Assembly (NCBI GenBank): GCA_030141605.1
Contig: JAQGDQ010000491.1
Location: 1-64,000, forward strand
DNA: 64,000 nucleotides
Source of the DNA: Tubiluchus corallicola
Taxonomy: Eukaryota; Animalia; Priapulida
Direction of reading: 5' to 3'
The position numbers and the translations under genes were made by a program. Of this stretch, positions 1 through 13,260 are shown piece by piece. Under the pieces are notes generated by a model. It was not told the DNA's origin, made no database searches, and worked only from the letters and a program-made list of their open reading frames with translations. The stretch's first letter is position 1. Each line of letters begins with the position of its first letter.

Positions 1-3000
1 GACAGAAACAAGCTCGCTAAACCAGCAACTATCAATAAAAAGTTCACAGTGGACAAAAGAAGAGGTACTGTAAAAACTGCCCCCAACAAGGTTCAAATTG
101 TGCCGAAAAGGAAACGAGGTCTTATGATGGTCATCTACTTATTTACAAGCTAGCTGCGCGGATGTAGTATCTTTGAGATATTCGCAGAAATCTTTTTGTA
201 TAGTTTTACGTTTGTCCATAAAAACCTTGCTATTCAACTTTTCTGTTTGATCGATTGTTTCCAAGGTCAGCATGTCTATCCCATGAACTGCGGAACTTCT
301 CTTGTTAGTACGTCAAATAACTATGTTGCAATGCACAAAGAGGGTTAATTCACATTGAATTCGACTCTGAATTTGAAAGTTTTTGAACTGTAACGATCTA
401 GTTAGCGTAATGATTAATCAATACGATGCTAGACCGAACTCCATAAAATCCTATTCTAGATACAAAGCACGCACTGTGGAGGCGAGGACCACGTGTGAGT
501 GGGTGGTAATTTGGTGCACCCATGTTGCATACAACAAGGTCAGATTAGTAGGGCAATATTACAGACGTCATTCAATGATTTATGATGAAAATAAGCCAAG
601 TAATAACAGGCTGAAATCATCAGTATTTTTTTTAATTTTGTACGGTAGGAGTAACATCTACGTTAGGTTTAAAATGTCTGGACAGTCAAACGCCACAGCT
701 CAAAAGCCTACTTCTTTCAGACTCGGCGGACAAAATAGAAAAATATCCTGCGCGGTGCTTGTTCGGAATACGAAGGCTGGTTCAAATCACGCACTATTGT
801 TTGTACACTGAAGTTCCGCGTGGGGGCAAATAGCTTAACAGCATGCCGATGAGCAGCGACATGTTATCATATCTAGCCTCCGCAAACAGCCTCCTCGAAT
901 ATGCAAGCCGGGGAGATGGAGTGGTGCACCTCTTCATCTAAACTGCCAACACGTTGGAGTGACAGCTGGTAAGAAATGCAAGGTATATTGAACTGCAAAC
1001 ATTTATAGGATTTCTTTATGCTTGGCTAAGTGAAAAATAAAAATTAGGTAGTACATAATGGATGTGATATCCCATATGGCCTCCTACAGTGACCACTGAA
1101 TATGCATTAATGTAAATGAATAAACATTAAAGTTATAACACTAATATATGTTTGTTTTAACTTTTAACGCCAAAAAAAACTACACTGCATAGGTATTCAA
1201 AAGTTACAACACAAATACGTCTTTAGTTCATGGTTTACATTCATCTACACCTAACTGTTACGGCTCATTCAGCAGTGAAGTGAGGTGCGAATCCGATGTG
1301 TCAGAGCATGTACAAGCTATATTTTACAAGTTAAAAAAGGAAAAATTATAGGTCAAATCAATGCTTGTTGAAGTTTAAATGATAAAACGTGTGATACCTA
1401 AAATGTCATATTGCGAAAATGTTTTTGTGGAATAAAAGCCCAAAAAAGGCCAAAGTATAAAAATAAATAAAAAAAGTGTACAACAAAATCATTATCCAAA
1501 CGCGATGTTTTAGTCAAATGTGAATTAACCTCGCGAATAAAACTAAAAACTTCAAATTTCAAAACAACGTAACTATGTCTTATATTCTCCTACTGCATGA
1601 CAATATTATGCAATAAAACCACGCTATTTTCAACCAGTTTAAAAAAACAATTACGTTTCCCTGAAAACAAATATTCTAGTCTAATGAACTCGCAAATGCA
1701 CATAATTCATCCAAATGACTTGGGCGATACGTTTTCACCACTTCCCTCCCCGGGGAAATTTTCCTGCTTTTCCTCATTCGAAAATATCAGAGCTCAATCA
1801 ATCCGTCTCAGCAATCAGCAAAATGGACGGGATTCATGAGCATATTATTATTAGACTCGGAAAGAAAACAGTTTGCAAATAACGCAAAATGGGCATTCTT
1901 GACAGTTTTGTCTGTGTTGATGGATTCGTCGTTTGCTTGAAGTAGGTTCATTCAAAGAATGAATAATTACAAATAATTCTACGTGATTCTTCAACTAACC
2001 AACTACCCAGTGTCCTTCCATAATCTAAACCAGTAATGAAAAACTTAGAAAACGTTAATAAAACAGGAACCTTTTCAGCTACAAAGTCGGCTGATTTACA
2101 GATACTGTAAAAACGTTTCGCTAATCAATCCAAGCTATAAAACCTGAACGATGAATCTGGTGAACAGTAATAATTAAGCGAGGTTATAGTTTTAGTTCAC
2201 ACCGATTTAATGCCCCCCATCTCTCTTACGTCATCTCAGCGTACAATGTTTCTAGAATCTTCCAGATATGGTCTCTGTGGGAGTGCTCCATACACTTGTG
2301 CATATAATGGGCTCATATGAATACTTAATAACTATATATGTCTACATAACTTATGGCCCTCTTGGAAGCCTAAACGTATTCGTCGCTCATATGAATTGTT
2401 ATATTTTCATACGGTAAATATGAAAATTTATATATTTTCATATATGATTGCTGAAAATAAACATTTTCAGAAAAAGTAAATACGAAGAACATCTGTTCTC
2501 TTTTTCAAGAATGAAACGTACAAACGCATCACAAATTTATTTCCCAAAATAGCTACAAGTAGCTGTCTTCCACATTTCCAGCTTGACAGCTAGATAGTCG
2601 AACTCGTCTCTTGTATGGACTTGCCGGCTAAGAACGACAGCACCTCCTAACGATCGTCTAATTGTCCATAAAGTCAATTAGAGGAGGATGCGTGCTACTG
2701 AGGAAACTGTGTCTTGCTGTGAAGCGCTACTGTGAAAACACAATTATCTATTGGTAACATCTTGGCATGCAGGGCCAGACAGAAGCCGTGGATTGTTAGC
2801 ACTCGCTTTACTTATGTGTGGATCTAACACTTCTCCACCTTCCCCACCTTCCCCAACTCTCACTCATTCATTCTCCCTCGCCACTAACTCTCACTCACTC
2901 ATACACTCAGTGAGTTAGTTTCCAAGTCCCTGGTAAAATTTGTTTTACGCTGCACTTAATTTCTCAATTTATTTCGCAAGACATTCGTTCATTCCATGAG

Positions 3001-4696
3001 CTTCATGGTTTTCATAAAAAAGTTAAATAACTTTCCAAGGCGCAATTAACACTTGTAACAGGAAATTTCGTTTATAAGCAGCAACAGAAAAAAGGAATAT
3101 CAACTCTCAATAACTACAGCTATTTTATCGACGATTATAAAAGTTTATTTCAAGAATGTCACGAGAATGCCATTTAACTACAAAACTGGAGCCAAACACC
3201 ATTTGCAAAATATGAAATTTGCATACTACTTCTAAGTGCAAGGTCGTAACGTTAGGAAAACAGCGGCTTTTGAAAGTTTAACGAGAATTTCTAATTAGAA
3301 AATACTGCAATGGTTAAGAAAGAAAGGTTTTGTTGGAGGCAAGCAGCACGCAAAAAGCTGTTGGCGACAAGGACAAATAAAAGTGAATCTATTGCAATTA
3401 ATCAAATTCATTTCAAGAAAATCGAGGAGAAAAACACTTCCGATTTACACCGCTGGAAAATCGAAAGACCATAAAGTACACATTTTCATCATCGACGCAT
3501 CAAAGCCTGAAAGACTATGCGGACCACAACTGTGTGGACCAATGGTCAAGCTTTTGACTAATAAACCATTTACTAATTTCAATTCAAAATTAGCAAGATT
3601 AGCGGCGACTGTAAGTTAACAATGCGTAGAAGCGAATTTGTTATGCATTTGTACAGTATATAAGTATAGAACTTGTATACGAACTTCTATAAGTATATAC
3701 TAAAATTGTGATTAGTGCTTATGATTAATGACTAATACACGTTTATGGCCAGCGATATATTTAGGTAAATTTGGAATTTCTTATACCGATTTAAAAGAAT
3801 ATGGCCAATTTTGTAATGTTAGACACGCATCAAACTTCCAATTTTGAGTGAATTCTATTCGCCAACGTGATTTGACAACCTTGTGACCTGCGCTTTATCT
3901 TATACGTAAAATTGTGTGGAGCGGAGCATTCAGTGTTGCTGTGATGTTTCGGAACTAATCTCTTCTGCAAAAAAGTAGCATAAAAAGACTTAGACCACAA
4001 ATTGAGTCAAAAGGGGCTTTACGAGCCAACAGGGGCTAATAAATGAAAAATAAAAACCCGAGGAAAATATTAAAGCAAAACACTTGTTCGCTGTATAGTA
4101 AATTCAGTCCCTGGGATAAGAATGTTTGGAACACTGCATTAAATGTACATTCATTGATCCGGGACTCAGCAGTTGCATTCGAGTAATGACTCTATCCGCT
4201 AGAAGTTTAATTTCATCTCATCAAGACGACGATAAAACCAACAAAATCAAGTGCTTGAGCCTGGAAAAGTTTTCATTTGTGCACATCTCTCGGAATCGTT
4301 TGCAAATCGAGAACCGAAAGGCGGAAAAGTTTGGTATTTTTACCCACACGACTTTCGAATTTTTCTCCTTGCGTACGAAGAAATGTAAACCAAAAATCTT
4401 CCCGGATCTTCTGCGCTTATCGAAATTAAATTAAGCTTTTGTTTATTTTTGTTGAAATAGTGGGCATATGGCCTATACTGTAAAAAATTTAATAACACCG
4501 TTACAAAAGTAACAGATACATTAATTAATATTGTTTGTACTCAAATTCGTAACATCAGTTGCTGGAGAAAATAGTTAAACAGACCAGTACTCTTTAATCA
4601 CGGGATCGCAAATGTCTTGATACAGAATTATAGAAAACAGCATTAGACACAAGTTACAAGTGTGCATCTATAATATTTTTGGCTTGTAAGACTTAC

Positions 4697-4763
4697 CAGC
4701 ATGGGAACTACCAAAATTGAAAAAATCTCGACGACAGATTGATCGGCACAGTATGTTGTACAT
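4697..4763 (-). CDS. Candidate alternative first coding exon of Caskin (MYNILCRSICRRDFFNFGSSHA+1 nt)
   Basis: ATG preceded by an in-frame TGA three codons upstream. 67 nt open frame ending at a consensus CTG|GTAAGT donor in phase 1, the same phase as exon 8. No homology support. Confidence 0.4.
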
Positions 4764-6120
4764 TCCGCCTCATGGAATTCCTTGCCATATATAGACGAAC
4801 ACACAAAAAACACAGTTACAAATGTTTCGTACACTACGTTTTTTGAAAGTTTATAAAACACACTTGTAGACTAAAAACTGAGTTAAACACCAAACATTCA
4901 GCCAGCATAGACACAACACCGTTTCGGACGCTGTACATTCACCAACAGTAACTGAAGAGCAGACGATCTCGATACTGAAAACAGCGCCATCTCCAGGAGC
5001 AAGAATAAAGTTTTCCTCAGAGAATAACAGACTAATTAATCTATAACTAAACTCGGCAATTACAAGCACAAAATTGGCGAAACAGCCTGCCCAAAAGTTA
5101 GCAAGGCAGTTTCTGTAAATGCACAACCTTTTTTTTATAAATTCATACAATAGTCAGCATTAGAATGTACGACATGCGCGATTATTTTTCCAGTGCCCTA
5201 GGCTCTGGATTATACGACGTGTGTAAAAAGGCGTGACGGGCAGATGCACAACATTATGGCATGAAATGCAATTTTTAATGTGGGCAATAAAATTTTAATC
5301 GGAATTATATTAACCGATGGCAGTAATTTCAAATACCTAAACTTTATGTCACAGCCCTACGTCTAGATAATGTGTAGTTACTTGTTATAACCTCGACTAT
5401 TAGGTTCAAGCATTCGCAAAGAAAAGAAGCAATCTTCAAGCGGTAGCTTATCCTAAGCACAATTATCCCGGTTATCCGGTGCCCTGTGTCCTCGAGCAGG
5501 GTCGTCTAATCAGTGCCGGGCTATCGACGCGTGATGCTGCATAAGAATATGCCATCATGCTAATACCACACTCGTCCTACCCAGCCAACATCAATCCAAC
5601 TGATCATTGTTAATTGATGCAGAGTGGGAACAGCAAATGATCTAATCTGCATGATAATCTTCATACTAAGGCGCAGATTGGGCCAACCATTATGAGTTAA
5701 GTGTTCACAATGATGCTGTACACAATGTGTCATCCGGAAATCTTTTTAAACGCGCCAATCAAAATCAAATTGCAAAGAAAATTCTGGCGCATGAAAAACG
5801 GATTAAGCTGTCATTTTCTCTAACTGTGAAGAAGCGTTTCTTCGCAATTCAATTCATTAATGCTGATTCAGATTGAAGAATTATTTGTAGGCATACGGGC
5901 ATATGGTATCATCTTTTGTAGGTATGGAAAAAGAAACAAATATTTTAAAATATACCTTATTATGTTTTTTCGGAAAATTCAGAATAAAAAGATCAACAGT
6001 GAACATATCAACACATAACAGTGAACATATAGCTGACATACTGAGATACTACAACTAATACTAGGCTGTGAATGTATTTAAATGTACGGTAATTACATTT
6101 GCCATTTAAGTGTGCATCAA

Positions 6121-6135
6121 TATTATATAATATAC

Positions 6136-6185
<50 letters not shown>
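6121..6185. repeat. (TA)n(GA)n compound microsatellite
   Basis: Direct reading. Confidence 0.95.
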
Positions 6186-6299
6186 GCCATATCATAATAA
6201 ATAAACACTTGGTGTTCATGTTCCAAAATTTACCACACGAATGAGTCATCGAATGTAGATAAGGGGCTGCATGATATGACATTGATAAAATGCACTTGC

Positions 6300-7370
6300 T
6301 CATACTAGGACCAATTATTTTGATCATAAATGACGTCATTGAGACCTCCCAATATCCGCTTTGTCACGTGAGGTCGGTCAGTGATTAAGAAGTTGAGCAA
6401 GACGTTTGAATTGGATAAGACCAGAAATGAATTTGCCTGCTCAATTCCCTGGACGGAGGAACGATCAATCATATTCAAAGTAAAAATGACAAGAGCGCTG
6501 GAATCTCCACGACTCGAGAGAATGCCTACACGGTCCGGCGGAATGCACGATTTCATATGAAGCAAAATTAGATCTGTCGGCTTCATCTGTTTGATATAAA
6601 TGGATGCTTTGAAAAGGGCAGTAAGACCATCTCTGAACTAATAGCATCAGCCAGGGGTGCGGAATTTGGAAATGTTGAAACGACTAAAACATTTGATGTC
6701 AGTTACCAGACCTTGGATCTTTGGTATAAATGAGAAATAAAACCAGAAGTAGTATGGAACAGCTGCGGGCAGGTTATAATATCCACCTCCGATAGCAGAA
6801 ATGACAAGTGGAATTGAAAAAAAGATGTCAGAGAGAAAAATTAAATCACCAATCCACTGGACATGATGACCTTGCTGTATCTGTTATAAATCTTGGAAAA
6901 TATTCAACAAGAAATGGAGTGGCTCATCTGTTGGTGAAAGACTGTGTAGTAATATTTGACATGCACGCCCCATTTCGTAGAGTATAATGGCACCGAGAGT
7001 TCAGCAAGGAAATTAGCCCTCAAGTTAATTTTCAGCTAATGCATTCAACAACTTGTCTGTTAAATAAAATTAGAAATTTCAAACAAAGCTAAAATAAACT
7101 ACCCCAAAATAATCTCTAAGATGAACGTCATAGGCAGATGATGCTGTTTCAGCCACGTACACACTCTCTCAAATAGCTGAAGCCACTATACCAGGATCAA
7201 CCAAGGAGTTTTTTTCATTGATCACCCATCTATTTACATATTAGGCTTGGCATCGGTCACGAAGTGGACACCGTGACAACTCAGCTATTAGAAAAGAACA
7301 ACAAAATCATCAACATGAGCCAAGATGTAGAATTTTGAGAACGAATCAACATAAAGTATACGTCAAACGC
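6300..7370 (+). mobile_element. Possible highly decayed Penelope-like retroelement
   Basis: Broken frames give, in the expected order, RPWIFG, KPEV...IISTSDSRNDKW, HFVEYNG and IGHEVD...LLEK. These loosely resemble Penelope reverse transcriptase and GIY-YIG segments. Many stops and frameshifts. Confidence 0.3.
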
Positions 7371-7761
7371 GAACTGGTATACTTACTATCATGCGTTCAT
7401 GATTATCATTGTGGATGATACAAGTCTACATTTGAAAGTTTGAACTTATAAGAACCATTACTGACCATCTGTTCACAGATAGCATTATAGAATCGACCCA
7501 ATGCATTATAGATAATTAGCCATCCCACTAAATGTCATCCCCTTGCAAAACCTAGTAACCAAAGCTGTACATATGATTGAACAAACATTCCAGACTCAAA
7601 TCACAGTAATCAGTTCAGCAGCTTCTGAGCTTCTGATTGCTACTAACTGCCACTGCAAGAATTTCATTTTGTCCCACTGTAGTTGTAGATTAAAAGCGGC
7701 TCCATTTCTTAGTGAGGCGTTAGAACTAGCAACATTGGTGGCAGAATCATTCGCACTACAC

Positions 7762-7832
7762 CAGGGGTGTGCAAATTATCTGACTAGCCGGGCCACATTA
7801 AACTTTCCCGCAATTCCTGCGGGCCACAGGCA
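7762..7832 (+). mobile_element. hAT-like transposon terminus fragment
   Basis: CAGGGGTGTGCAAA followed by two GGGCCACA motifs, typical of hAT MITE ends. No partner end found. Confidence 0.4.
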
Positions 7833-8411
7833 GTTTGATCAAGGAGCCAAGTACAGAAAGGCCTAATAACGATTTTTTTGCATCCGACCTGTGTACATCA
7901 TTACTACTACATTCCAGGCAAGGTACCAATAAATAAGCAAAAGACTGAAAGGAAGTCCAGTTAGATTTAGTCCTTAAGTGCATTATTCTTCAATTTCAGT
8001 TCTATTTTTATTCTAGCATTGTGTCATATCAATGAAACTGCGCATGATTACTGACTTTCTCTGCCGATCTTCACAATAACATTAGTTTCTGCTAAGCGAA
8101 ATGCTGGCCTATAATGCTCTCCGTCACATAATTGCGGTGCAGTCGTATTGTTACTGAAAATACTTTCATAGCTGTTAATGGCCAAGCAGATTAATTTTTA
8201 CTTTCTGGATATGGTAGGCATCCAGAATGATTGATAAGCTATTGGGCACTTAACGAAATTAAACTACTTAGAGCAGCTTAGCTTCCTCATTAAACTTGGT
8301 TGCTTCAATATAATTTTGTCACTTTTGCCATTCAATCGGTTTAGTTAACTTGAGCAGATAAGTGACGAATTTGCGAAACATTCACATGTATAACAATTTA
8401 ATAAGCGGTAC

Positions 8412-9630
8412 AGTAAGTTGGCGCTTCAAGTTTGTCCTTGAAATTATCCTCAAGGTCAACAACATCTCCCGGGGAAGGACCCAATACGGACTTCTGCGCA
8501 TTCATAGTTAAGACTATTTATCCATTTTGCTTTGCTTTGCTTTGAAGATAACCAGTACTCTTGAAAAATTCACTTTTGCCCTCTAGCACAATAACTTATG
8601 CAATGTCCGACTACAAATTTAAACATCCGAGACAGTCTGAAAATGTTCAGTCGTCTATTTAGCATTGTTTTGTGTCTGGAGTATGTGACTATTAATCGCA
8701 AGGTCTTGTGTTCAAATCTCGACCAGCTTTTTTAGTATCTTTTCCTGACAATTTTTAGCATCGCCGTTCTATTTTCAACTCATTAACCCAAGGGGTTAAT
8801 TATTGTTGAACCCTTACAGAGTTTTTAATTCCGGACTGTCACAGTTAGAACCCATTGAATTCAAACGAGTGTCCTAAGGTTGCCAAAATTATCTTGTTGG
8901 TTTAACAAATGCACATATTTTCTACCATGCACGGGCCCGCATCTTGCCACGCTGAAAAACTTTTTTATAGTAAATCGGAATTCAAGTTTAATAATGAGCA
9001 TTATTGTAGCTTTGCAATGCACAGTGCCCTTAAGAACAGGAAGTCCAAGTCATTTTACAAATAATCATGAACCCACAATAAGGATTCCCGTAGCGAAAAT
9101 TACAGGACTTTCTTGACAAACCACGCTGTGTTTTCAGACGGCTTTGGAGAATTTTAACCCCGATAATAGGTCAACCCAACATAGCAGCAACCGATCTTTG
9201 CTTTACAGGAATACCGAAGTCAGATTGAATTAAAGCAAATATTACACCCTCAGGCAAAAGCATATTGGATGTAAGACACCTATATCAATTACTGTCGTAA
9301 AATGAAAACAAAGAAAGTAAATATTATTGGTACGCACGCGAAGTTGATAAGTAAAGTTAAGTTACAGTCTAGGCACACACTTATCATCTTGCAACTTACA
9401 TGGCATGTGTAAGTTTTTAATTTGGTATAGTTTGGCAGAGATTTAGTTTACAATTATCCATATTATCCAATTATCCATTATTGATGTATATCATCCTTCA
9501 AAAATCTAATTTGTTGCTGATCGGTTCCGAATACATTCGAATAATACGGCGCCAAACTCCGTATTGAGTCTCTCCATTGGATATATCGTCGAGTATAATT
9601 TCAAGGTCAAACTCGAAGCACCAACTTACT
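8412..9630. repeat. Diverged ~75-bp inverted repeat pair (8412-8490 / 9558-9630)
   Basis: The reverse complement of the left arm, TCCGTATTGG...GATAATTTCAAGGACAAACTTGAAGCGCCAACTTACT, aligns to the right arm, TCCGTATTGA...TATAATTTCAAGGTCAAACTCGAAGCACCAACTTACT. Confidence 0.75.
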
Positions 9631-11046
9631 ACATCTCAGTATAAGGACTTTGCGGTTTTTTAACTTACTAAGTCGTTATGCCCCGTAAGGCTAAATTTTT
9701 GAATGTTACTGTCTGTTCTCAAGGCATCTAGAATACAAAAAATAGAATACAATCCCATTTCTACAGACTGGTGATTTTTTTCGTTTTTTAGATGCCTTGA
9801 AAATGAACAATAACATGTTCGAAACGGGTCGGTAATAATTATTTTTGGAAGAGATTTAGTTTCCCTCAAAATGTCTTAAAACAGTGTTGAGCTTTAATAT
9901 ATGTAATCAATAGTAAACGTGATTTGTCCGTAAAATATTACAACAATAATGAAATTTCATTGTATATTGGACTTCATTAAATTTCACATACTTACCAACC
10001 AAATTATAATTGCAAACTTGTAAATACTGTTAATTACATAATAATGAATTCGAATGAGTGAACACAAAATTTGAATTGCAATGCATATATTTCAATAATT
10101 CACAAGTAAGCAGATGCATTGTTGCATACGTTGTATTTTATGAGCGCAGTAAACTCCTATACAGTATGACATATGGCGAACTATACGCCTCATTAATTAG
10201 AATTTGGTCAGAAATCTGATTCATTAAATCTCGGCATAAATAATGCAACAAAACTGCACTCTTTCCTCATTTTAATAAAACAACAGGTTGTAAATATTGT
10301 TCATTAAGTGCAATTGACACATCCGGGTCAAATGAGATCATAGTGCTTCAACATGGAGACAGACAGCGTCAAATGATAACGTCCAATGTTAGGCAGGTGA
10401 ATAGATGATGAATGATTAATTATGAGGCATGAAGATTGCCAGGCTTATATGACGTAATTCAGATCTGCAGTCTTATTTAATAATCCATTCATCATAATAA
10501 AAACAATCTTTAAAAAGCAGAAACAAACAATAGTGCCTTATACAAAAGATTCTAAAGAACATTAGATAAGAAAAAAAGAAAGAACTAACAAGTGCTAATC
10601 AAAATGCTTTCAATTGCTCAATTGTATAGACAATTTCGAAGCAAATATCCAAAAATCATTTTTTCCTAGAGAGTTTTTTCATCTGAATGTGCATCAGTGA
10701 TTACTGATGAATCAATTACCATTAACATTAATTAAGATCCATTCAGAGAGATTAAATTTTTAAACAAACATTGCATAGCAAAACACTAGGGGCATAGATG
10801 AGTCAGGCGTTCGAAAATGAAGCACTTAGTAAGAATTTATATTTTTTTAGGTTAACACAAATGGCTTAAAATGGATGCTTAGTATCACAAGCTATATGAT
10901 GAATGCACACGTATTGAATGCATTAATTAATAACAGGAATATGTTTGAGAATTTCAGATCAAAAATCAAACAAACGTCTATGTAACTGGATGTGCAAAAT
11001 ACAGAAATGAACTAGCAAACTGGAAAGCAGGTGTTAGCCACAGTCA

Positions 11047-11313
11047 ATCATATCATATCATATCATATCATATCATATCATATCATATCATATCATATCA
11101 TATCATATCATATCATATCATATCATATCATATCATATATCATATCATATCATATCATATCATATCATATCATATCATATCATATCATATCATTTCATAT
11201 CATATCATATCATATCATATCATATCATATCATATCATATCATATCATATCATATCATATCATATCATATCATATCATATCATATCATATCATATCATAT
11301 CATATCATATCAT
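11047..11313. repeat. (ATATC)n pentanucleotide microsatellite, about 53 units
   Basis: Near-perfect array with two interruptions; explains spurious ORF 11031..11333. Confidence 0.98.
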
Positions 11314-11398
11314 ACAACTCGTCCAATTTCTAAAAATCACCAACCTGATTTAAAGGTTAGAAAAAAGATACATATTAAACAAGTTCATGATCACATAC

Positions 11399-11507
11399 CT
11401 TTCAGTAATTGTTTCATTTCTTTAGCCGCCTTTGAAGGAATGCAAGATTTTACGATGTCAAGCGCTGTTTGTTCGTAAGAATTTGGCTTTGTCACATCAA
11501 CACCACA
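11399..11507 (-). CDS. CASKIN: Caskin coding exon 8 (CGVDVTKPNSYEQTALDIVKSCIPSKAAKEMKQLLK+1 nt)
   Basis: tttcag acceptor and AAG|GTATGT donor; 109 nt, ending in phase 1. N.Y.QTALDIV...E.KQLL is the segment preceding the SH3 domain in Caskin. Confidence 0.94.
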
Positions 11508-12386
11508 CTGAAATTAAGAGTAATTGCAGTATCAAATATATTCATTGTAGATATAAACTGAACAGTAACATTTATAACATTAATTTGAACACAATGGGCA
11601 AAATATGATGAATGAATACGTTGATAACTACCACCTCAAAAACTTACATTTTTAACTACGAAAAGTTACCGATGGACTAGCAAACTTCTGCGGCTAAAAT
11701 TCAAACCTATGCTAACTCAAAAACTCTTACAAAAACAAAACTTGTTGATATCGTAGGATAATTTATCAAACTGATGTCGTACTTGTAAGTGGTAAAACAA
11801 AATCTATGTATTAACCCTACGGTAAGGAACTACAATAATTATTAGAGGGCATCCAAATAATATAAAAATGTCAGAGGTAAAACTTTAATAAGTGAGATAA
11901 TAGGTATGCTACTTTTGCATGTTAATTTTTAACGAACTGTAAAAAGGTTAAAGTAGTTTATTATATAGATTTACTAATAAAAATGCTGTAAATTTGTTAA
12001 AAACACTGGACCTGAATAGTTACAAGTAATGAATAATGAACATTTTGTGTTATCGGATCGAAATGGGAATAAATACCTCACATTATTCTACAATTGTTCA
12101 TTTGTTCATATTTGTACACGTGAAGCTACTGATGTGTGGCGACATCTGTTGTGCGTTGTATAACAATATTACAGTGACATCATTCCAATTGGTGGTCCTT
12201 TCTGCTGTAGGTGCCGCCACCGCGCAATTATAATAACGTGCGATACAAATGCACGCCACAAAATTTAACCGGATATCGGTTTAATTATGCAAATTCGTGA
12301 GACTAATGCAAATATTGATCAGCGCAGCGTAGTATATAACTCACATACATGCAAACTACAGCAATAAAATGATTATAAAATCTTAC

Positions 12387-12495
12387 CTCAATTAAATATT
12401 TTACAGTATCGGTATTTGCTGCTAATGCTGCCTCATGCAGACACGTTCCACGAAGAGTGCACCGATTGATATCACAGCCCGTGTTTAATAGTTGC
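12387..12495 (-). CDS. CASKIN: Caskin coding exon 7 (QLLNTGCDINRCTLRGTCLHEAALAANTDTVKYLIE)
   Basis: ttttag acceptor and GAG|GTAAGA donor; 109 nt, phase 2 to 0. Contains the DINR..GT.LHEAAL Caskin/ANKS motif. Confidence 0.94.
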
Positions 12496-12779
12496 CTAAA
12501 ACGTTATAAAATAAAACATTAATGCACATTTGGTTATCCATTATGCAACTTAATGGATGATATTGCACTGAAGAATTGTTATATGAAAGCGTTAAAAGTA
12601 AAATCAAAAATATAGGTCGCGAAGAATTTCTTACATTATTACTAAGAAGAATGAAATTTTTATAGGGTTTATAGTGGGCATGGGAAATTCAGGCAAATCT
12701 TTTAAGGTGTTCCAGTTGCCGGGGATATCAGCATGTGAATGTGCAAAAAATGAAACCCAAAAAACTGATTAAGAAAGAG

Positions 12780-13260
12780 TTAAACATAGCAGAGCAGAAT
12801 TAAACATACAGCATAGCACAGCTCACAACAGAACACGGCAAAATGCAATACAACAAAATGGGATAGGACGCGGCGGAACAGAATAAACCGAAATGGAATG
12901 AAACAGAAGTGGGGAAAAGTAGACGGAGAGAGGGGGGAGACGAGCAAAGAAAGAAGAGGATTGAAAAGAAGGGCGGATAGTCAGAAAGAACCGAAATGGA
13001 ATGAAACAGAAGTTGGAGAAAGGGGACGGAGAGTGGACAGGACAGCAAAACGAGGGAAGGAGTGAACAGAAGAGAGGATAGTAATTGGAAAAAAGTAACA
13101 GTGATTGAGGAAAGGATAGGAAAAGGGTGGAGAAGAGAAAGGAAAGGGGGGACAGAAGAGGAGAGGGAGGAAGAAAAAGAGGAGAAAAAAGAAGATAAGA
13201 GCAGATAAAAGGCGAATGATCAAAATACAACGTATCAAAGCAGTTAAAATAAGAAAAGTA
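12780..13260. repeat. Decayed pentamer and purine-rich low-complexity tract with a 24-bp direct repeat
   Basis: ACCGAAATGGAATGAAACAGAAGT occurs at ~12887 and ~12990. The plus strand is strongly A/G-rich over 12900-13210. Confidence 0.85.

Noticed and set aside
383-811. Longest plus-strand ORF (142 aa)
   Set aside because: TTG start, no recognisable domain, and antisense within the Caskin intron.
8655-8735. tRNA gene
   Set aside because: Only a B-box/T-arm-like part is recognisable, with no acceptor stem or complete cloverleaf.
11031-11333. 100-aa ORF of repeating HIISY
   Set aside because: Translation of the (ATATC)n microsatellite; no splice or homology support.
1-11398. Search for the Caskin SH3 exons (expected motifs like KDY...GDIIT and WKG)
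   Set aside because: Candidate donors at ~2229, 7386 and 9995 give stops or no SH3 similarity. The exons probably lie left of the window, though a very diverged exon could have been missed.
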